NCBI GenBank assembly: GCA_048938005.1 | Contig: JBHLMQ010000014.1 | Coordinates: forward strand, 1 to 57,952 | Length of the DNA: 57,952 bases | Source: Promethearchaeota archaeon | GTDB lineage: Archaea; Asgardarchaeota; Lokiarchaeia; Sigyniarchaeales; SOKP01 | Direction of reading: 5' to 3' | In this document: positions 38,257 to 48,352 of the stretch, one piece after another | Layout of the letters: each line of letters begins with the position of its first letter | Numbering within the stretch: position 1 is the stretch's first letter | Program-made: the position numbers and the translations under genes | The notes under the pieces: generated by a model | Seen by the model: only the letters and a program-made list of their open reading frames with translations | What the model was told of the DNA's origin: nothing | Database searches by the model: none

Positions 38257-39690
38257 TTGTATATGGAAAAAGCGAATTCTGATGCAGGAATAATCGATTT
38301 AATACGTAATTCAAACAAAGATTTCATTGAAAATGAATTGCGTCCATTCTTAAGAATTCCGAGTAATACTCTTAATTCTGAAGGGATAAATTCAGCTAAA
38401 AATTATTTAATCTCTTATATCTCTGAATTTTCCGAAGAAATAAATGAATTTAAAGGTGAAATTAATCCTCTAATCATTGCCAGAATAAAGGGAGAAATCG
38501 AGGAAAGTTTATTAATATATATGATGTATGATACTCAGCCTATTAGTAAAGAAAAAGAATGGATAGGCAATCCCTTTGGGGCAGAAATTAAAATTCTTCC
38601 TCCTCCACTTGATAATTTGGGTAGTTGTATCATAGCAAGGGGAGCCTATAATTCAAAAACACCACTATTATGTTTTTTGAACTTAGTGAAAATCTTGAAA
38701 AAGAAAAATAACCTACCAATCTCTTTATTACTTTTATTTGATGGTGATGAGGAAAAAGGTTCACTTTCACTATTGAAATTCCTTGAAAATAAAAATCAAA
38801 GAGAATTATTCAAAAATTGTACAGAAGCGTATTATCCCTCAACAAAACAAGACCTTAGCCAAAAATCTGTTTTAAAATTAGGATATAAAGGAATTTTATC
38901 GTTAACAATTAAAATATCATCGAGAAATAAAGAGCCTCATTCAGCTTTTAGTGGAATGATACCCAATCCCGCAGCTGATTTAATCTCCTTACTTAATACA
39001 ATTTATTCTAATAATAAATTTATCATTAATACTTTGAAAAATCCATATGTACTTAAACCTGAAGAACAAAATCTCATAAAGACTCTATTGAAAAAACTTA
39101 ATCTTGACAAAATAAAGAAAAAGGCAGGAATAGAACAAACAATTGAAGAAGACCCTCAAAAAGCATTTATTAATTATCTATATAATCCCACCTTTAATAT
39201 TTCTACCTTAAAATCGGGTTTTTTAGAAGATGGAACAAAAAATTATGTTCCTAATCAAGCAATATGTAATATTGATATTAGATTTGCTCATGATGTTTCA
39301 ACTGAAGAAATATTAAAAGTAATTAAAGAAAAAATCGATGATTTCTCAAAAAAGACTAAGAGTCAAATTACATTAATAAAAAATATAGGTTATGAGAGTT
39401 CAAGAGTTAGAGTAGATTCAGCACTCGTAAAGAGTCTTATAAAAAGTGCTGAAATATTAGGCTTTTCAACGGAACTCTGGCCCTTAAGCGCAGCAGCAGC
39501 CCCTTTGAGTAAAATTCAGAAAATGTTAGGATTAGATTTCGTTACAGGAGGTTTGGGTATAGGGGGATTTGCCCATTCTGCTAATGAATTTATTCAATAT
39601 GATTCTATAATTAATAATAGATTGGCTAACTATTATTTCCTAAAAACTTATTCAAAAATAATAAAAGAAAAGTATAATTTAATCAAATAA
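38257..39690 (+). CDS. M20/M25/M40 family metallo-amidohydrolase with altered metal ligands
   Basis: FLRIPS, YMMYDTQP, ARGAYNSK, DGDEEKGS, LGYKG, HS, DIRF, AHSANE. Confidence 0.85.
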   Translation: MYMEKANSDAGIIDLIRNSNKDFIENELRPFLRIPSNTLNSEGINSAKNYLISYISEFSEEINEFKGEINPLIIARIKGEIEESLLIYMMYDTQPISKEKEWIGNPFGAEIKILPPPLDNLGSCIIARGAYNSKTPLLCFLNLVKILKKKNNLPISLLLLFDGDEEKGSLSLLKFLENKNQRELFKNCTEAYYPSTKQDLSQKSVLKLGYKGILSLTIKISSRNKEPHSAFSGMIPNPAADLISLLNTIYSNNKFIINTLKNPYVLKPEEQNLIKTLLKKLNLDKIKKKAGIEQTIEEDPQKAFINYLYNPTFNISTLKSGFLEDGTKNYVPNQAICNIDIRFAHDVSTEEILKVIKEKIDDFSKKTKSQITLIKNIGYESSRVRVDSALVKSLIKSAEILGFSTELWPLSAAAAPLSKIQKMLGLDFVTGGLGIGGFAHSANEFIQYDSIINNRLANYYFLKTYSKIIKEKYNLIK

Positions 39691-40833
39691 TCCTATAATT
39701 CCTCTGCTTCTTGCTTTGATAGCATTTTCAGGACATAATTCCATACAACACAAACAAGAAATGCATTTTTTTCTTGAAAACATTGGATAATTACCTTCCT
39801 CAAATTTTATTGCTTCTGCAGGACAAATCTCTGCACATTGACCACATTGTGCACATCTTATTTTAATTAAATTAGGAATCTTTTTTATTACCTTATAGGC
39901 TAAATGTCCTGTCATATAACTGATAAAACTTGTCATAGTATTTCCAGGAACTTTAAATTTAGGAGTTTGTTTTTTAGCTTCTTCCAAAGTTATTCCTACA
40001 ATCTCTATATTGTCTAGATTAAAAATACCTAGGTTTCGTTCTATTGCATTTTTCACATGAGGAACATTTTTTGCTTTCACTTTACCAATTTCTAGAGCCA
40101 CAATATCAAGTGCTAACTCATCTGTCCCCGCTAAAATTAAATCCCATTTAACCATTTTTCCTGCAGCTGGGCCCATAGAGCCTTCCATTATCTCTTGTAA
40201 ATCATATACCGTTATTCTTTTTGGTATATTCTTCAAAATCCATGAGAAATTATCTGTAAGAACCTCTCCAAATCTATCAGCAGTTTTCCCTAATAAATGA
40301 TATTTAGCCTTTAATCCCCCCGGAATTATGCCCCAATAGTTTTTTATTGCTCCTGTAATCATAGCTTCAGCATGACTTTTAAGTCGGGGTAAATTTATCA
40401 AAATGTCACAATTTTTGATAGCTTTAGCAACATGAAATTTTTTCATTCGTACAGCATCTTCAATTGTTTCTACTTCGGGCACCCCACTTTCAAAATCAAT
40501 AATTTTTACGCCGTTTTCTATACAAATATCTAACATTCCAATTTGTTTTACTACATCAGAAGCATTATTTCCTTGTTGACCAGGAGAATCTCCGAGAGAG
40601 ACATTATCCATGGAGATTCCCTTCTCCTTAAGATAAAGAATAACACCCTCAACAAAATCGGGTTGAGTACATGCTTCTTTTTTAGCTCTAAGTAAATTTG
40701 GTTTTAATAAGATTTGGTTTGAATTAAAAAAGTTAAATTTTAAATCATTTTCAACTAACTTAATCGCTTCTATCACTGCTTTGGGAATGGATTCATAATC
40801 ATTTACATTTATAATACTAATTTTGGTAGACAT
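39679..40833 (-). CDS. DUF362 family protein with C-terminal 2x[4Fe-4S] ferredoxin domain
   Basis: ILLKPNLL, INLPRLKSH, TGAIKNYWG; CAQCGQCAEICP and CISCLCCMELCP. Confidence 0.9.
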   Translation of the reverse strand: MSTKISIINVNDYESIPKAVIEAIKLVENDLKFNFFNSNQILLKPNLLRAKKEACTQPDFVEGVILYLKEKGISMDNVSLGDSPGQQGNNASDVVKQIGMLDICIENGVKIIDFESGVPEVETIEDAVRMKKFHVAKAIKNCDILINLPRLKSHAEAMITGAIKNYWGIIPGGLKAKYHLLGKTADRFGEVLTDNFSWILKNIPKRITVYDLQEIMEGSMGPAAGKMVKWDLILAGTDELALDIVALEIGKVKAKNVPHVKNAIERNLGIFNLDNIEIVGITLEEAKKQTPKFKVPGNTMTSFISYMTGHLAYKVIKKIPNLIKIRCAQCGQCAEICPAEAIKFEEGNYPMFSRKKCISCLCCMELCPENAIKARSRGIIGLFD

Positions 40834-41059
40834 CCTTTAAATCGACTATGTTAATTTAGTTTTTAAAGTTTTGTTTCTTATATTGTATAAAATTTATTTT
40901 TATTTTGAGTTTATTAAGTATCTAAAACCAATTATTTTTAAAAATCAAATTCATTATAATTATAAAAATAACATTATCAAGCAAGCATAACTAATAAAAT
41001 CTTTAACAGTATTTCAAAATTAGTTCCGTTTTATATAGAAGTATCAGGGGAATTGAGAG

Positions 41060-41593
41060 ATGCAAGACGTTCTGTTCAAGGTTGTGTTTTTCGGAGATGG
41101 TGGAGTTGGAAAAACAACCTTAATTAACCGTTATCTTACTGGTGTTTTTAAGAGTGATTCTGTAATCACTATCGGTGTTGATTTCCATGTAAAAAAAGTA
41201 GAAATTGAAGGAAAGCGAGTTAGTTTACAAATCTGGGACTTTGCTGGGGAAGATAGGTTTAGATTCCTTATGCCTAGCTACGTCATTGGTGCTTCTGGAG
41301 GAATCTTTATGTTTGACATAACAAGATATACCAGTCTAAAAAATTTTAGCGATTGGATAGAGATTTTTAAAAAGGGTTATAAGGGAGAGAATCATCAAAT
41401 GCCAGTTCTCATGGTAGGAAGTAAGTTAGATCTTGAGTACAAAAGAGCGGTCTCTAGAGATGAGGCATTTGAATTGGCTAAAAATAATAATCTCTTTGGT
41501 TATATTGAGTGTTCTGCAAAAGATGGCCAAAATGTTAATGAGATTTTTCAAGAAATTAGTCGGTTATTGTTGAAAAGAGCTAATCTCCTTTAA
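41060..41593 (+). CDS. Rab-like small GTPase (Ras superfamily)
   Basis: GDGGVGKT, TIGVDF, LQIWDFAGEDRF, GSKLD, ECSAK. Confidence 0.93.
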   Translation: MQDVLFKVVFFGDGGVGKTTLINRYLTGVFKSDSVITIGVDFHVKKVEIEGKRVSLQIWDFAGEDRFRFLMPSYVIGASGGIFMFDITRYTSLKNFSDWIEIFKKGYKGENHQMPVLMVGSKLDLEYKRAVSRDEAFELAKNNNLFGYIECSAKDGQNVNEIFQEISRLLLKRANLL

Positions 41594-41617
41594 TTTAATA
41601 AAATTAAGAAATCCGAA

Positions 41618-42463
41618 CTATTTTTTATAAATATCATCCAGGAAATTAATAACTATATCAGGAATCATATTTTTATCAAGATCATTTGAGTAAATCTCTT
41701 GCATTTTTAGTTCCTCAATCATTTTTTCTGTTGTAACTCCAGTTAATACAGCAATTGTAATAATATCAGCTCGATTACCTGCTAATATGTCTGTATTTAA
41801 ACGATCACCAAAGATGCATGCCTTCTCAGGAGAAACTTGATTATCATTTAATATCATTTTAATACCAAAAGGTTCAGGTTTTCCAAAAATTCTAACTGGT
41901 TCTTTTCCTGTGCAAGTTATCAAAGCATTGACCATCACACCCGCACCAGGTTTAAGACCTCTAGAAACTGGCAAAGTTGAATCCGAATTCGTCGCATAAA
42001 ATTGAGCCTTACCCTCTAAAATGCATCTTTGAGCAAGTGCTAAGTTATTATATTTAAAATTTCTATCAAGGCCAACAATAACAAAATCTATTTCTTTGAA
42101 ATTCACAGGATCAGTAATAATTTTGTGCCCTAAGGATTGTAACTCCTCTCTTAATCCTCTTTCTCCAATTACAAAAATATTAGAATTTTTTTTTAATTTT
42201 GTAATTTCTGCAGCTGTGATCGAAGCACTAGTATAAAAATCAGATATTTCACTCTTTATGCCGAACTTCTTTAATCTTTCAACATATGTCTGCCTTGTTG
42301 CTGTAGAATTATTAGAATTATAAACTACTTTTATTGATCTTTCTTTTAGGTCGGCAATGATTTTATCTGAATTAGGGATCAAATTATCTCCCCGATAGAT
42401 TACTCCGTCTAAATCAAATATGGCGAGTTCAATGCTTTCTAAATCATCTATTAATTCACGCAT
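41618..42463 (-). CDS. HAD-superfamily subfamily IIA hydrolase (NagD-like)
   Basis: FDLDGVIY, SNNS, ATNSD, PGAG, GKPEP, GDRLNTDI. Confidence 0.92.
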   Translation of the reverse strand: MRELIDDLESIELAIFDLDGVIYRGDNLIPNSDKIIADLKERSIKVVYNSNNSTATRQTYVERLKKFGIKSEISDFYTSASITAAEITKLKKNSNIFVIGERGLREELQSLGHKIITDPVNFKEIDFVIVGLDRNFKYNNLALAQRCILEGKAQFYATNSDSTLPVSRGLKPGAGVMVNALITCTGKEPVRIFGKPEPFGIKMILNDNQVSPEKACIFGDRLNTDILAGNRADIITIAVLTGVTTEKMIEELKMQEIYSNDLDKNMIPDIVINFLDDIYKK

Positions 42464-42499
42464 AATTTTGAATAAATATTTTATTTATATGAATCTTAA

Positions 42500-43678
42500 T
42501 TACCAGCCGATTGGTAAACCTATTAAGATTACTCCAAGCTGGATTCCAATCGGAATGAATATTGGATTTAAAATGTTATCAGCGGTGTATATTGGAAAGT
42601 AGTCAGTAATAAAAAAAATTACTGCTCCTATTATTGCATAAATAGGTCCTACGAGGATTAAACCAATTAAATATGCTACGATTGTACCTGCAAAAAAACC
42701 TTCAATGGATTTAGTGTCTTTACTCCTTACTTTGACCTTGTGTTTCCCATATCTTCTTCCAATTAATGCTGCTGCTGCATCCGATAGACATGCTATAAGG
42801 ACTCCTGAAAAAAATGCTAAAATATGGATTAGTCCTTCCATATATAGCATATAAGAAAAGATAAAACCTGTAATTATATAAATTTGCGGACCTGTTGCAT
42901 TTATTTCTTTGTTTCTTAGCATTGAATGTGTTAAAAAATTGAATATTGAATATTCTGGACCCTTAAGTATTCTGATTAAATCAGATATTATCGCAAACAT
43001 TAAAGCTCCTATTAAAGCCATCATAGTAAGGTGTTTAAGTCCAAGAGGATCTCCTATAGTGTATGGAAATAAAGATATATCGCCCCATACAAATTCATAA
43101 GCCGGTTCTATATCATTAATAAGCATAACTACACCATCACTTATTAGTTGTATAAGTGGTGGCATAATAAAAAAACCAAAATATCCAATCACCAATAACA
43201 AACCCATTAAATGAAAACCTTTTCGTATTACTTCCATTTTAAATGGGATATCTTCACGATATGGGTTTTCTTTAGTTAATCTTTCTACATATCTTCTTAA
43301 GATAGGTTTTTTCTTATTATTCAATTTCAGGCTATCATTTTCTGTCTCAATTTTATTTACAACTCTTTTGATGAGCTTAAAAAAGATCGCAGCAATCAAT
43401 ATATTTATTCCAATCCACCATACCATAAATCCATTATAAGGATAATGAAAAAATCCTACCATAAGTCCATTATAAGGTTCATGAAAAAATCCTATTATAA
43501 GATTATAAAGTCCAAAAATTAAGAAGCAAACGCCACAAATAATTGTTGAAATTCCCCCATACCTATTATTTGCTTTAATTCCCTTTCGGCCGATGTGAAA
43601 CATTAAAATCATTAAGATAAAAAAGGAAAGTGACAATGTTATATTGTATATATTAGCAACAACTGTCCAATAGTCCAT
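42500..43678 (-). CDS. Polyprenol/phytol/dolichol kinase-like (cytidylyltransferase family) membrane protein with N-terminal TM extension
   Basis: RKGFH, LRNKE, SDAAAALIGRRYGKHK, KSIEG, DNILNP. Confidence 0.82.
   Translation of the reverse strand: MDYWTVVANIYNITLSLSFFILMILMFHIGRKGIKANNRYGGISTIICGVCFLIFGLYNLIIGFFHEPYNGLMVGFFHYPYNGFMVWWIGINILIAAIFFKLIKRVVNKIETENDSLKLNNKKKPILRRYVERLTKENPYREDIPFKMEVIRKGFHLMGLLLVIGYFGFFIMPPLIQLISDGVVMLINDIEPAYEFVWGDISLFPYTIGDPLGLKHLTMMALIGALMFAIISDLIRILKGPEYSIFNFLTHSMLRNKEINATGPQIYIITGFIFSYMLYMEGLIHILAFFSGVLIACLSDAAAALIGRRYGKHKVKVRSKDTKSIEGFFAGTIVAYLIGLILVGPIYAIIGAVIFFITDYFPIYTADNILNPIFIPIGIQLGVILIGLPIGW
43421..43492. repeat. In-frame 36-bp tandem duplication (2 copies) inside the kinase-like gene
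   Basis: taccataaatccattataaggataatgaaaaaatcc / taccataagtccattataaggttcatgaaaaaatcc; the protein reads GFFHEPYNGLMV GFFHYPYNGFMV. Confidence 0.9.
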
Positions 43679-43748
43679 AATTTATCTGATAAAGAATTGT
43701 ATTAATTATTGAAATAATTTATAATCTAATATTAGTTTTGTTTTAATT

Positions 43749-44798
43749 ATGCATTCCCAAAAAAATAATTTTCTTAGGGCGCTATCGAAAGAATCAGTAG
43801 CCCAAATTCCATTATACTGTACAGGATATCCAGAAGTGGAGTTCATTGATAATTATATTAAACATTATAACCTAAAACCAAAAAAAATGGATTCTATATT
43901 AAACGAAAAGAACTATTCTATTATTGAAAAAATGGGCTTTGATGCTATTTCTTTATGGGATTTTCGAAAAGGGAAAGGAGGATATACTTTAGACAATCAA
44001 AGAAGAGTAGATGGATGGGGACGTATATATAACGGAGAATGGTATTTGTGGGATGGTGTTTTTAAAAATAAAACTATTGTTAGAAATTGGAAACATCTTA
44101 ATCTACCTTCTAAAAAGAAACTAAAATTATTAAAAGATTTATTAGATAAGAAAACGGGTAAATTAGAATACGTAATATCTCTACCTGGTTTATTTGAAAA
44201 AACATGGCAATCAATGGGGCTTGCATATTTCGCCAGAAGTTTAAAAAAAAATATTAATTTTGTGGAATTTGTTATTGATTTTTTTTCAGATTATATGAAA
44301 TCATTAATTAAAGCTCTCCAAAACACAGGAGCAAATACATTTCTAATTGCAGATGATTATGGGTATAAAAACAGAACATTTATACCTAATGAAATTTGGT
44401 GCCTTCTTTTCTCTTATAAATATGGGGAAATTATTGATATTATTCACAAAAAGAAACAAAAAGTAATCATTCATTCTGATGGATACATCTCTGATATGAT
44501 TACAACATTCATAAATCTAGGTTTTGATGCTGTACAAAGTTTGGAACCAAATGCTGGAGTAAATATTTTTACACTCTTTAAAAATTATCAGAATCAGATT
44601 TGTTTTATAGGTAATTTAGATATATCTCTCTTATCTTATGGAACTCCCCAGCAAGTAAAAAATTATGTTATTAAATTAATCAAAAATGCTAATAAATATA
44701 ATTGTTCTTTAATAATTTCACCCACGCATCAAATTAATGCAAAATGTAAACTTGAAAATATTAATACAATGATACAAACGACTAAAAAATTTAAATAA
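43749..44798 (+). CDS. Uroporphyrinogen decarboxylase / MtaA-CmuA superfamily protein
   Basis: VDGWGR, ADDYG, IHSDG, GFDAVQSLEP, ICFIGNLD, GTPQQV, ENINTM. Confidence 0.82.
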   Translation: MHSQKNNFLRALSKESVAQIPLYCTGYPEVEFIDNYIKHYNLKPKKMDSILNEKNYSIIEKMGFDAISLWDFRKGKGGYTLDNQRRVDGWGRIYNGEWYLWDGVFKNKTIVRNWKHLNLPSKKKLKLLKDLLDKKTGKLEYVISLPGLFEKTWQSMGLAYFARSLKKNINFVEFVIDFFSDYMKSLIKALQNTGANTFLIADDYGYKNRTFIPNEIWCLLFSYKYGEIIDIIHKKKQKVIIHSDGYISDMITTFINLGFDAVQSLEPNAGVNIFTLFKNYQNQICFIGNLDISLLSYGTPQQVKNYVIKLIKNANKYNCSLIISPTHQINAKCKLENINTMIQTTKKFK

Positions 44799-45034
44799 TA
44801 ATTTTGATAATTACTACAAATATATATTATATAAAAATAATATCAGTGTTTAAGGGAAGATATTATAAAAATTTCTAAAGTTAATTAATAAAGAAGTAAT
44901 AATATAATTTATTAGAGAATAAGAAATAAAAAAAAATAAATAAAATTAAAATAAGTAAATTATATCTAATATAATAAGATTATTTTACTAATTATATCCT
45001 CAATAATATATCCTAATTACAAATTACTCAAAAA

Positions 45035-45412
45035 ATGACTTCTATGGAGCCTACCACTGAAAATCTTGACGATATATTAAAAAAACTTCTGGCAGCAATC
45101 CCAGAAGTGAAAGCCGCCGCAATTGTATCTGCTGAGGGTTTACCAATCGCTTCTGCGCTTCCTCAAGGTGTAGATGAAACTAGGATTGCTGCTATGACAG
45201 CTGCGCTTCTCTCATTAGCCGAAAGGTCTGTTATCGAGATGGAGAAAGGAGAGTTTGACCAGTTATATGTCAAAGGGAGTGACGGTTATCTTCTGGTGCT
45301 TCAGGCAGGCCCCAATGCAGTATTAACTGTTTCTACAACAAAAGATGTGCGATTAGGATTAATATTTTTAGATTGTAAAAGAACTTGTGAAAAAATCGCG
45401 AAATTAATATAA
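45035..45412 (+). CDS. Roadblock/LC7 (MglB-like) domain protein
   Basis: AAAIVSAEGLPIASALP...RIAAMTAALLSLAER...QLYVKGSDGY...RLGLIF. Confidence 0.93.
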   Translation: MTSMEPTTENLDDILKKLLAAIPEVKAAAIVSAEGLPIASALPQGVDETRIAAMTAALLSLAERSVIEMEKGEFDQLYVKGSDGYLLVLQAGPNAVLTVSTTKDVRLGLIFLDCKRTCEKIAKLI

Positions 45413-45650
45413 TTAGCCAATTTTACCTTCGTATTTTTTTTAGATTTCCAAAATTTCTAATCAATATTCATTATTTTCAATTTTAAATTAAAAATTTATT
45501 ATTTTATTTTTTATACATTCTCTAGATTTCTTAATTTGAAGATTTTAGACCAAGGATTTATGGTTCAATGATCTTACTCAGTGTAAGGAAAAAATAGATT
45601 TTAGATTACTTAATAAAATAAGAATAATAAAACTAATTAGTAAAAAGCAA

Positions 45651-46100
45651 ATTCAATTAATATGGTGGGGCGATATAGAAAAAAATCTAATATGTGCATT
45701 ATTATTCGGAGAAACAAAGACTGAGAAACAAGTTATAGAAATAGCAGCTTGCTACAAAAATTGCCCATATATCAACCTCATGGCAACTGTAGATAAACAT
45801 CTTTATGCAATATTTTTTATTCCAAGAAGGCAAAAATGGTGGGTTGAATATATTGAAAAAAATCCTAGTAAAACATTTGGCTTTAAAAACGCTAAAGTTA
45901 TTTTTTTAGAGAATGTGTATTACCCTAAAAAGTTAAAACTCCGAATTCCAGAAAATTTAACCAATATCAGTCCTTGTGGAGCGAATTGCAAAGAATGTCC
46001 AAGCATGAATAAGTGTAGTTGTTGTCCAGCCTCAATTTTTTATAAGAAACCTAATCAAGGAAATAACTGTAGAAATTTAGATTTAAAATTAACAAATTAA
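45651..46100 (+). CDS. Cys-rich protein resembling the C-terminal part of archaeal Lrp/AsnC-type regulators; start uncertain (ATT 45651, ATA 45660 or ATG 45780)
   Basis: Frame open from 45549; upstream of ATG 45780 it reads WWGDIEKNLICALLFGE...CYKNCPYINLM; C-terminal SPCGANCKECP...CSCCPA. Confidence 0.55.
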   Translation: MQLIWWGDIEKNLICALLFGETKTEKQVIEIAACYKNCPYINLMATVDKHLYAIFFIPRRQKWWVEYIEKNPSKTFGFKNAKVIFLENVYYPKKLKLRIPENLTNISPCGANCKECPSMNKCSCCPASIFYKKPNQGNNCRNLDLKLTN

Positions 46101-46112
46101 GGTGATAAATTT

Positions 46113-46574
46113 ATTTATAATAAAAAGTATGATGATCAAAAATCATTATTAGAAAGAGCAGGGAGAGTTATAAATTCAATTATTAATAGTTTAGAAAATC
46201 TTCCATTGGAAACAAGGAAAAAGATAATGGAAGAGAGCGGTGAAAAGTGTGCTCTAGCAGGGAGTATTAAAATAGCTAAAAAAATATTAGAAGAAACAAC
46301 TCAAATTGAAGAAATTATTGCTAAAGTTAATGATCAAGTTCCTTGGTGTGGTAAATGGATATTGAAAGGGAATAAAATCAGTTCAATATGTCTTGAATGT
46401 GGATGTCCTCTTATTAGAAATAAAGTTGTGATACCTAATGAAACATTCTGTTATTGTTCTGTAGGATGGGCAAAAAAGATTTTTGAAACTTTGCTTAAAA
46501 AGCCAGTAGAGGTTAAGCTGGAAAAATCAAAAGGAGCTGGGGATGACCTTTGTAAATTTAGCATAATTTTTTAA
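46113..46574 (+). CDS. V4R-like (DUF6144-type) Cys-containing ligand-binding protein; start probably upstream of TTG 46206
   Basis: GEKC, CGCP, FCYCSVGW..K.FE..L..PVEV......GDD.CKF; frame open from 46101 with GGTGA at 46101 and ATT at 46113. Confidence 0.65.
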   Translation: MYNKKYDDQKSLLERAGRVINSIINSLENLPLETRKKIMEESGEKCALAGSIKIAKKILEETTQIEEIIAKVNDQVPWCGKWILKGNKISSICLECGCPLIRNKVVIPNETFCYCSVGWAKKIFETLLKKPVEVKLEKSKGAGDDLCKFSIIF

Positions 46575-46611
46575 AAAGAAGTGATGTTTAATTAAATTAA
46601 AATAATAGGAG

Positions 46612-46992
46612 ATGATCAAAATCCATAATAAGAGAAGCACTTTTTTTATAAATGTTAAAGATGCCCCTAAATTTATGCAAATGAAAGGATTAGAAACAAC
46701 AATTCTCACAGGATTTCACGGTGAAAAAATGACGATGGCACTCAATGCAACACTACCAGGGCATACAGTTCCTATACATTCTCATAAGCATGAGCAAGTA
46801 GGTATGGTATATGGTGGTGAAGCAAAATTAAGAATTGGAGATGAAGAACGAATTGTTAAGAAAGGAGATTTTTATCGTATTCCATCGAATACTCCTCATG
46901 GTGATACGTGTATCAGTGACGAACCATTTATAATGCTTGATATTTTTTGTCCCTTAAGAAAAGATTTTATAAAAAATTTAGAAAGAATTTAA
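46612..46992 (+). CDS. Cupin domain protein
   Basis: PIHSHKHEQ and GDFYRIPSNTPHG, DIFCPLR. Confidence 0.9.
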   Translation: MIKIHNKRSTFFINVKDAPKFMQMKGLETTILTGFHGEKMTMALNATLPGHTVPIHSHKHEQVGMVYGGEAKLRIGDEERIVKKGDFYRIPSNTPHGDTCISDEPFIMLDIFCPLRKDFIKNLERI

Positions 46993-47774
46993 TTCAATTT
47001 AAGCAAAGCTTTTTCAATTGCTTTTCTTAGTATATTCCTCTCAATCTCTGGTCCAATTTCTATCATTTGACCATTTACATATATTCGTCGAGAAATACCA
47101 TATTGTTTTAAAATTGGTTGCTCAATTGCAGAGAATTCATTAAGAATAACATCATTTCCAAATTCTGACACTACTTCTCGCACTCTTTCTGCCTCAACAT
47201 CACTCGTTAAACAGAATCGATTCCAAAATAAATCTACAATTACTTTTCCTTTTATTGGTTTGTGTTCATAATTTTCCTCCCGGAATTGAGGCGGTTCTGC
47301 ATTTTTATCAAATTGTTTCCAAAGTAGTGCTTCTTCACCGCGTTTTTCTGCCACTTCAAAACCTAAATTTATAAAAAATTCAGCTGGCATAAACCAATAA
47401 TCCCAAAAATACCCAATGGTAGCAATTCCTTTACGATTTTGGCTATGTGTTTCTTCTTCAGCTGCTTTAATTAATTTTTTACCAACTCCTTTATGAGAAA
47501 ATTTCGAATGTGAAACTAAACATGGAAATACCATTAAGTTTTTACCCTGAATTTGCCAAGGATTAATTTCAATTGGCATAATATATAAAAATCCTGCATG
47601 ATTGCCATTAAAAAGCGCAACTTTAACTCTCAATCCATATTTTTCCATATCTCTAAGCCAGGATATTCGGCGCGGAGCAGAATTTTCATACTCAATATTA
47701 TTTTCGTTTACATGAGTGCAAGTACCGATATAATATTCATCTTCTTTGGCCATATCTCGGATATTGATTTGCAT
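46989..47774 (-). CDS. GNAT-family acetyltransferase with thioredoxin-like C-terminal domain
   Basis: CLVSHSKFSHKGVGKKLIKAAE, FFINLGF; C-terminal VDLFWNRFC...YGISRRIYVNG. Confidence 0.75.
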   Translation of the reverse strand: MQINIRDMAKEDEYYIGTCTHVNENNIEYENSAPRRISWLRDMEKYGLRVKVALFNGNHAGFLYIMPIEINPWQIQGKNLMVFPCLVSHSKFSHKGVGKKLIKAAEEETHSQNRKGIATIGYFWDYWFMPAEFFINLGFEVAEKRGEEALLWKQFDKNAEPPQFREENYEHKPIKGKVIVDLFWNRFCLTSDVEAERVREVVSEFGNDVILNEFSAIEQPILKQYGISRRIYVNGQMIEIGPEIERNILRKAIEKALLKLN

Positions 47775-47895
47775 TTATCTCCCAATCAAATTATTTCTTT
47801 ATTCTTTCCCTTTATTTAATAATATTATTATTTACATTGTTTAATAAATAAAAAGGAAATTTAAAATTTATAATAAATTAAATTTAATATTAATT

Positions 47896-48204
47896 ATGTC
47901 AAAAAAGAACCATTTTTTTGCTATAATTAGACCTTATCGTGAGGATTTCATTACAAATCCAAACGAACAAGAAAACGGAATCATGTCTGATCATTTTCAC
48001 TATTTAAAGTTGTTACTGAAACAAAAGAAATTATTACTCGCAGGTCCAACATTAACTCCTGAAGATCCTTATGGAATTATTATCCTTGAAACAGAAACTG
48101 AGGATGAAGCTAAAAAATTACTTGAAAATGATCCTTCAGTTATAGCTCGAATCCAGAAAATTGCTGATTTTAAACCTATTCGCTTATCTCTTACTAGAAA
48201 ATAG
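47896..48204 (+). CDS. YCII-related domain protein
   Basis: HFHYLK...LLLAGP...GIIIL....EA..L..NDP. Confidence 0.85.
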   Translation: MSKKNHFFAIIRPYREDFITNPNEQENGIMSDHFHYLKLLLKQKKLLLAGPTLTPEDPYGIIILETETEDEAKKLLENDPSVIARIQKIADFKPIRLSLTRK

Positions 48205-48352
48205 AAATTTTAACTTATGTTTTAAATTGGATTTATTAATACCTTATCTTTTATATTTCTACAAGTGCAAAACCGCAAACTATTAATTTTTTATTTCATT
48301 TTCATAATTACTATACTTCATTAAAGTACACTATTTCAGTAGGTACATTAAC

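Noticed and set aside
43749-44798. Calling this gene hemE or a specific methyltransferase
   Set aside because: It lacks the HemE N-terminal MRQAGR motif and the HxC...C zinc set of MtaA; only the superfamily is supportable.
46098-46100. Single in-frame TAA between two ORFs as a split gene or readthrough site
   Set aside because: A GGTGA SD-like motif follows immediately and each ORF looks like a self-contained family; TAA is not a Sec or Pyl codon.
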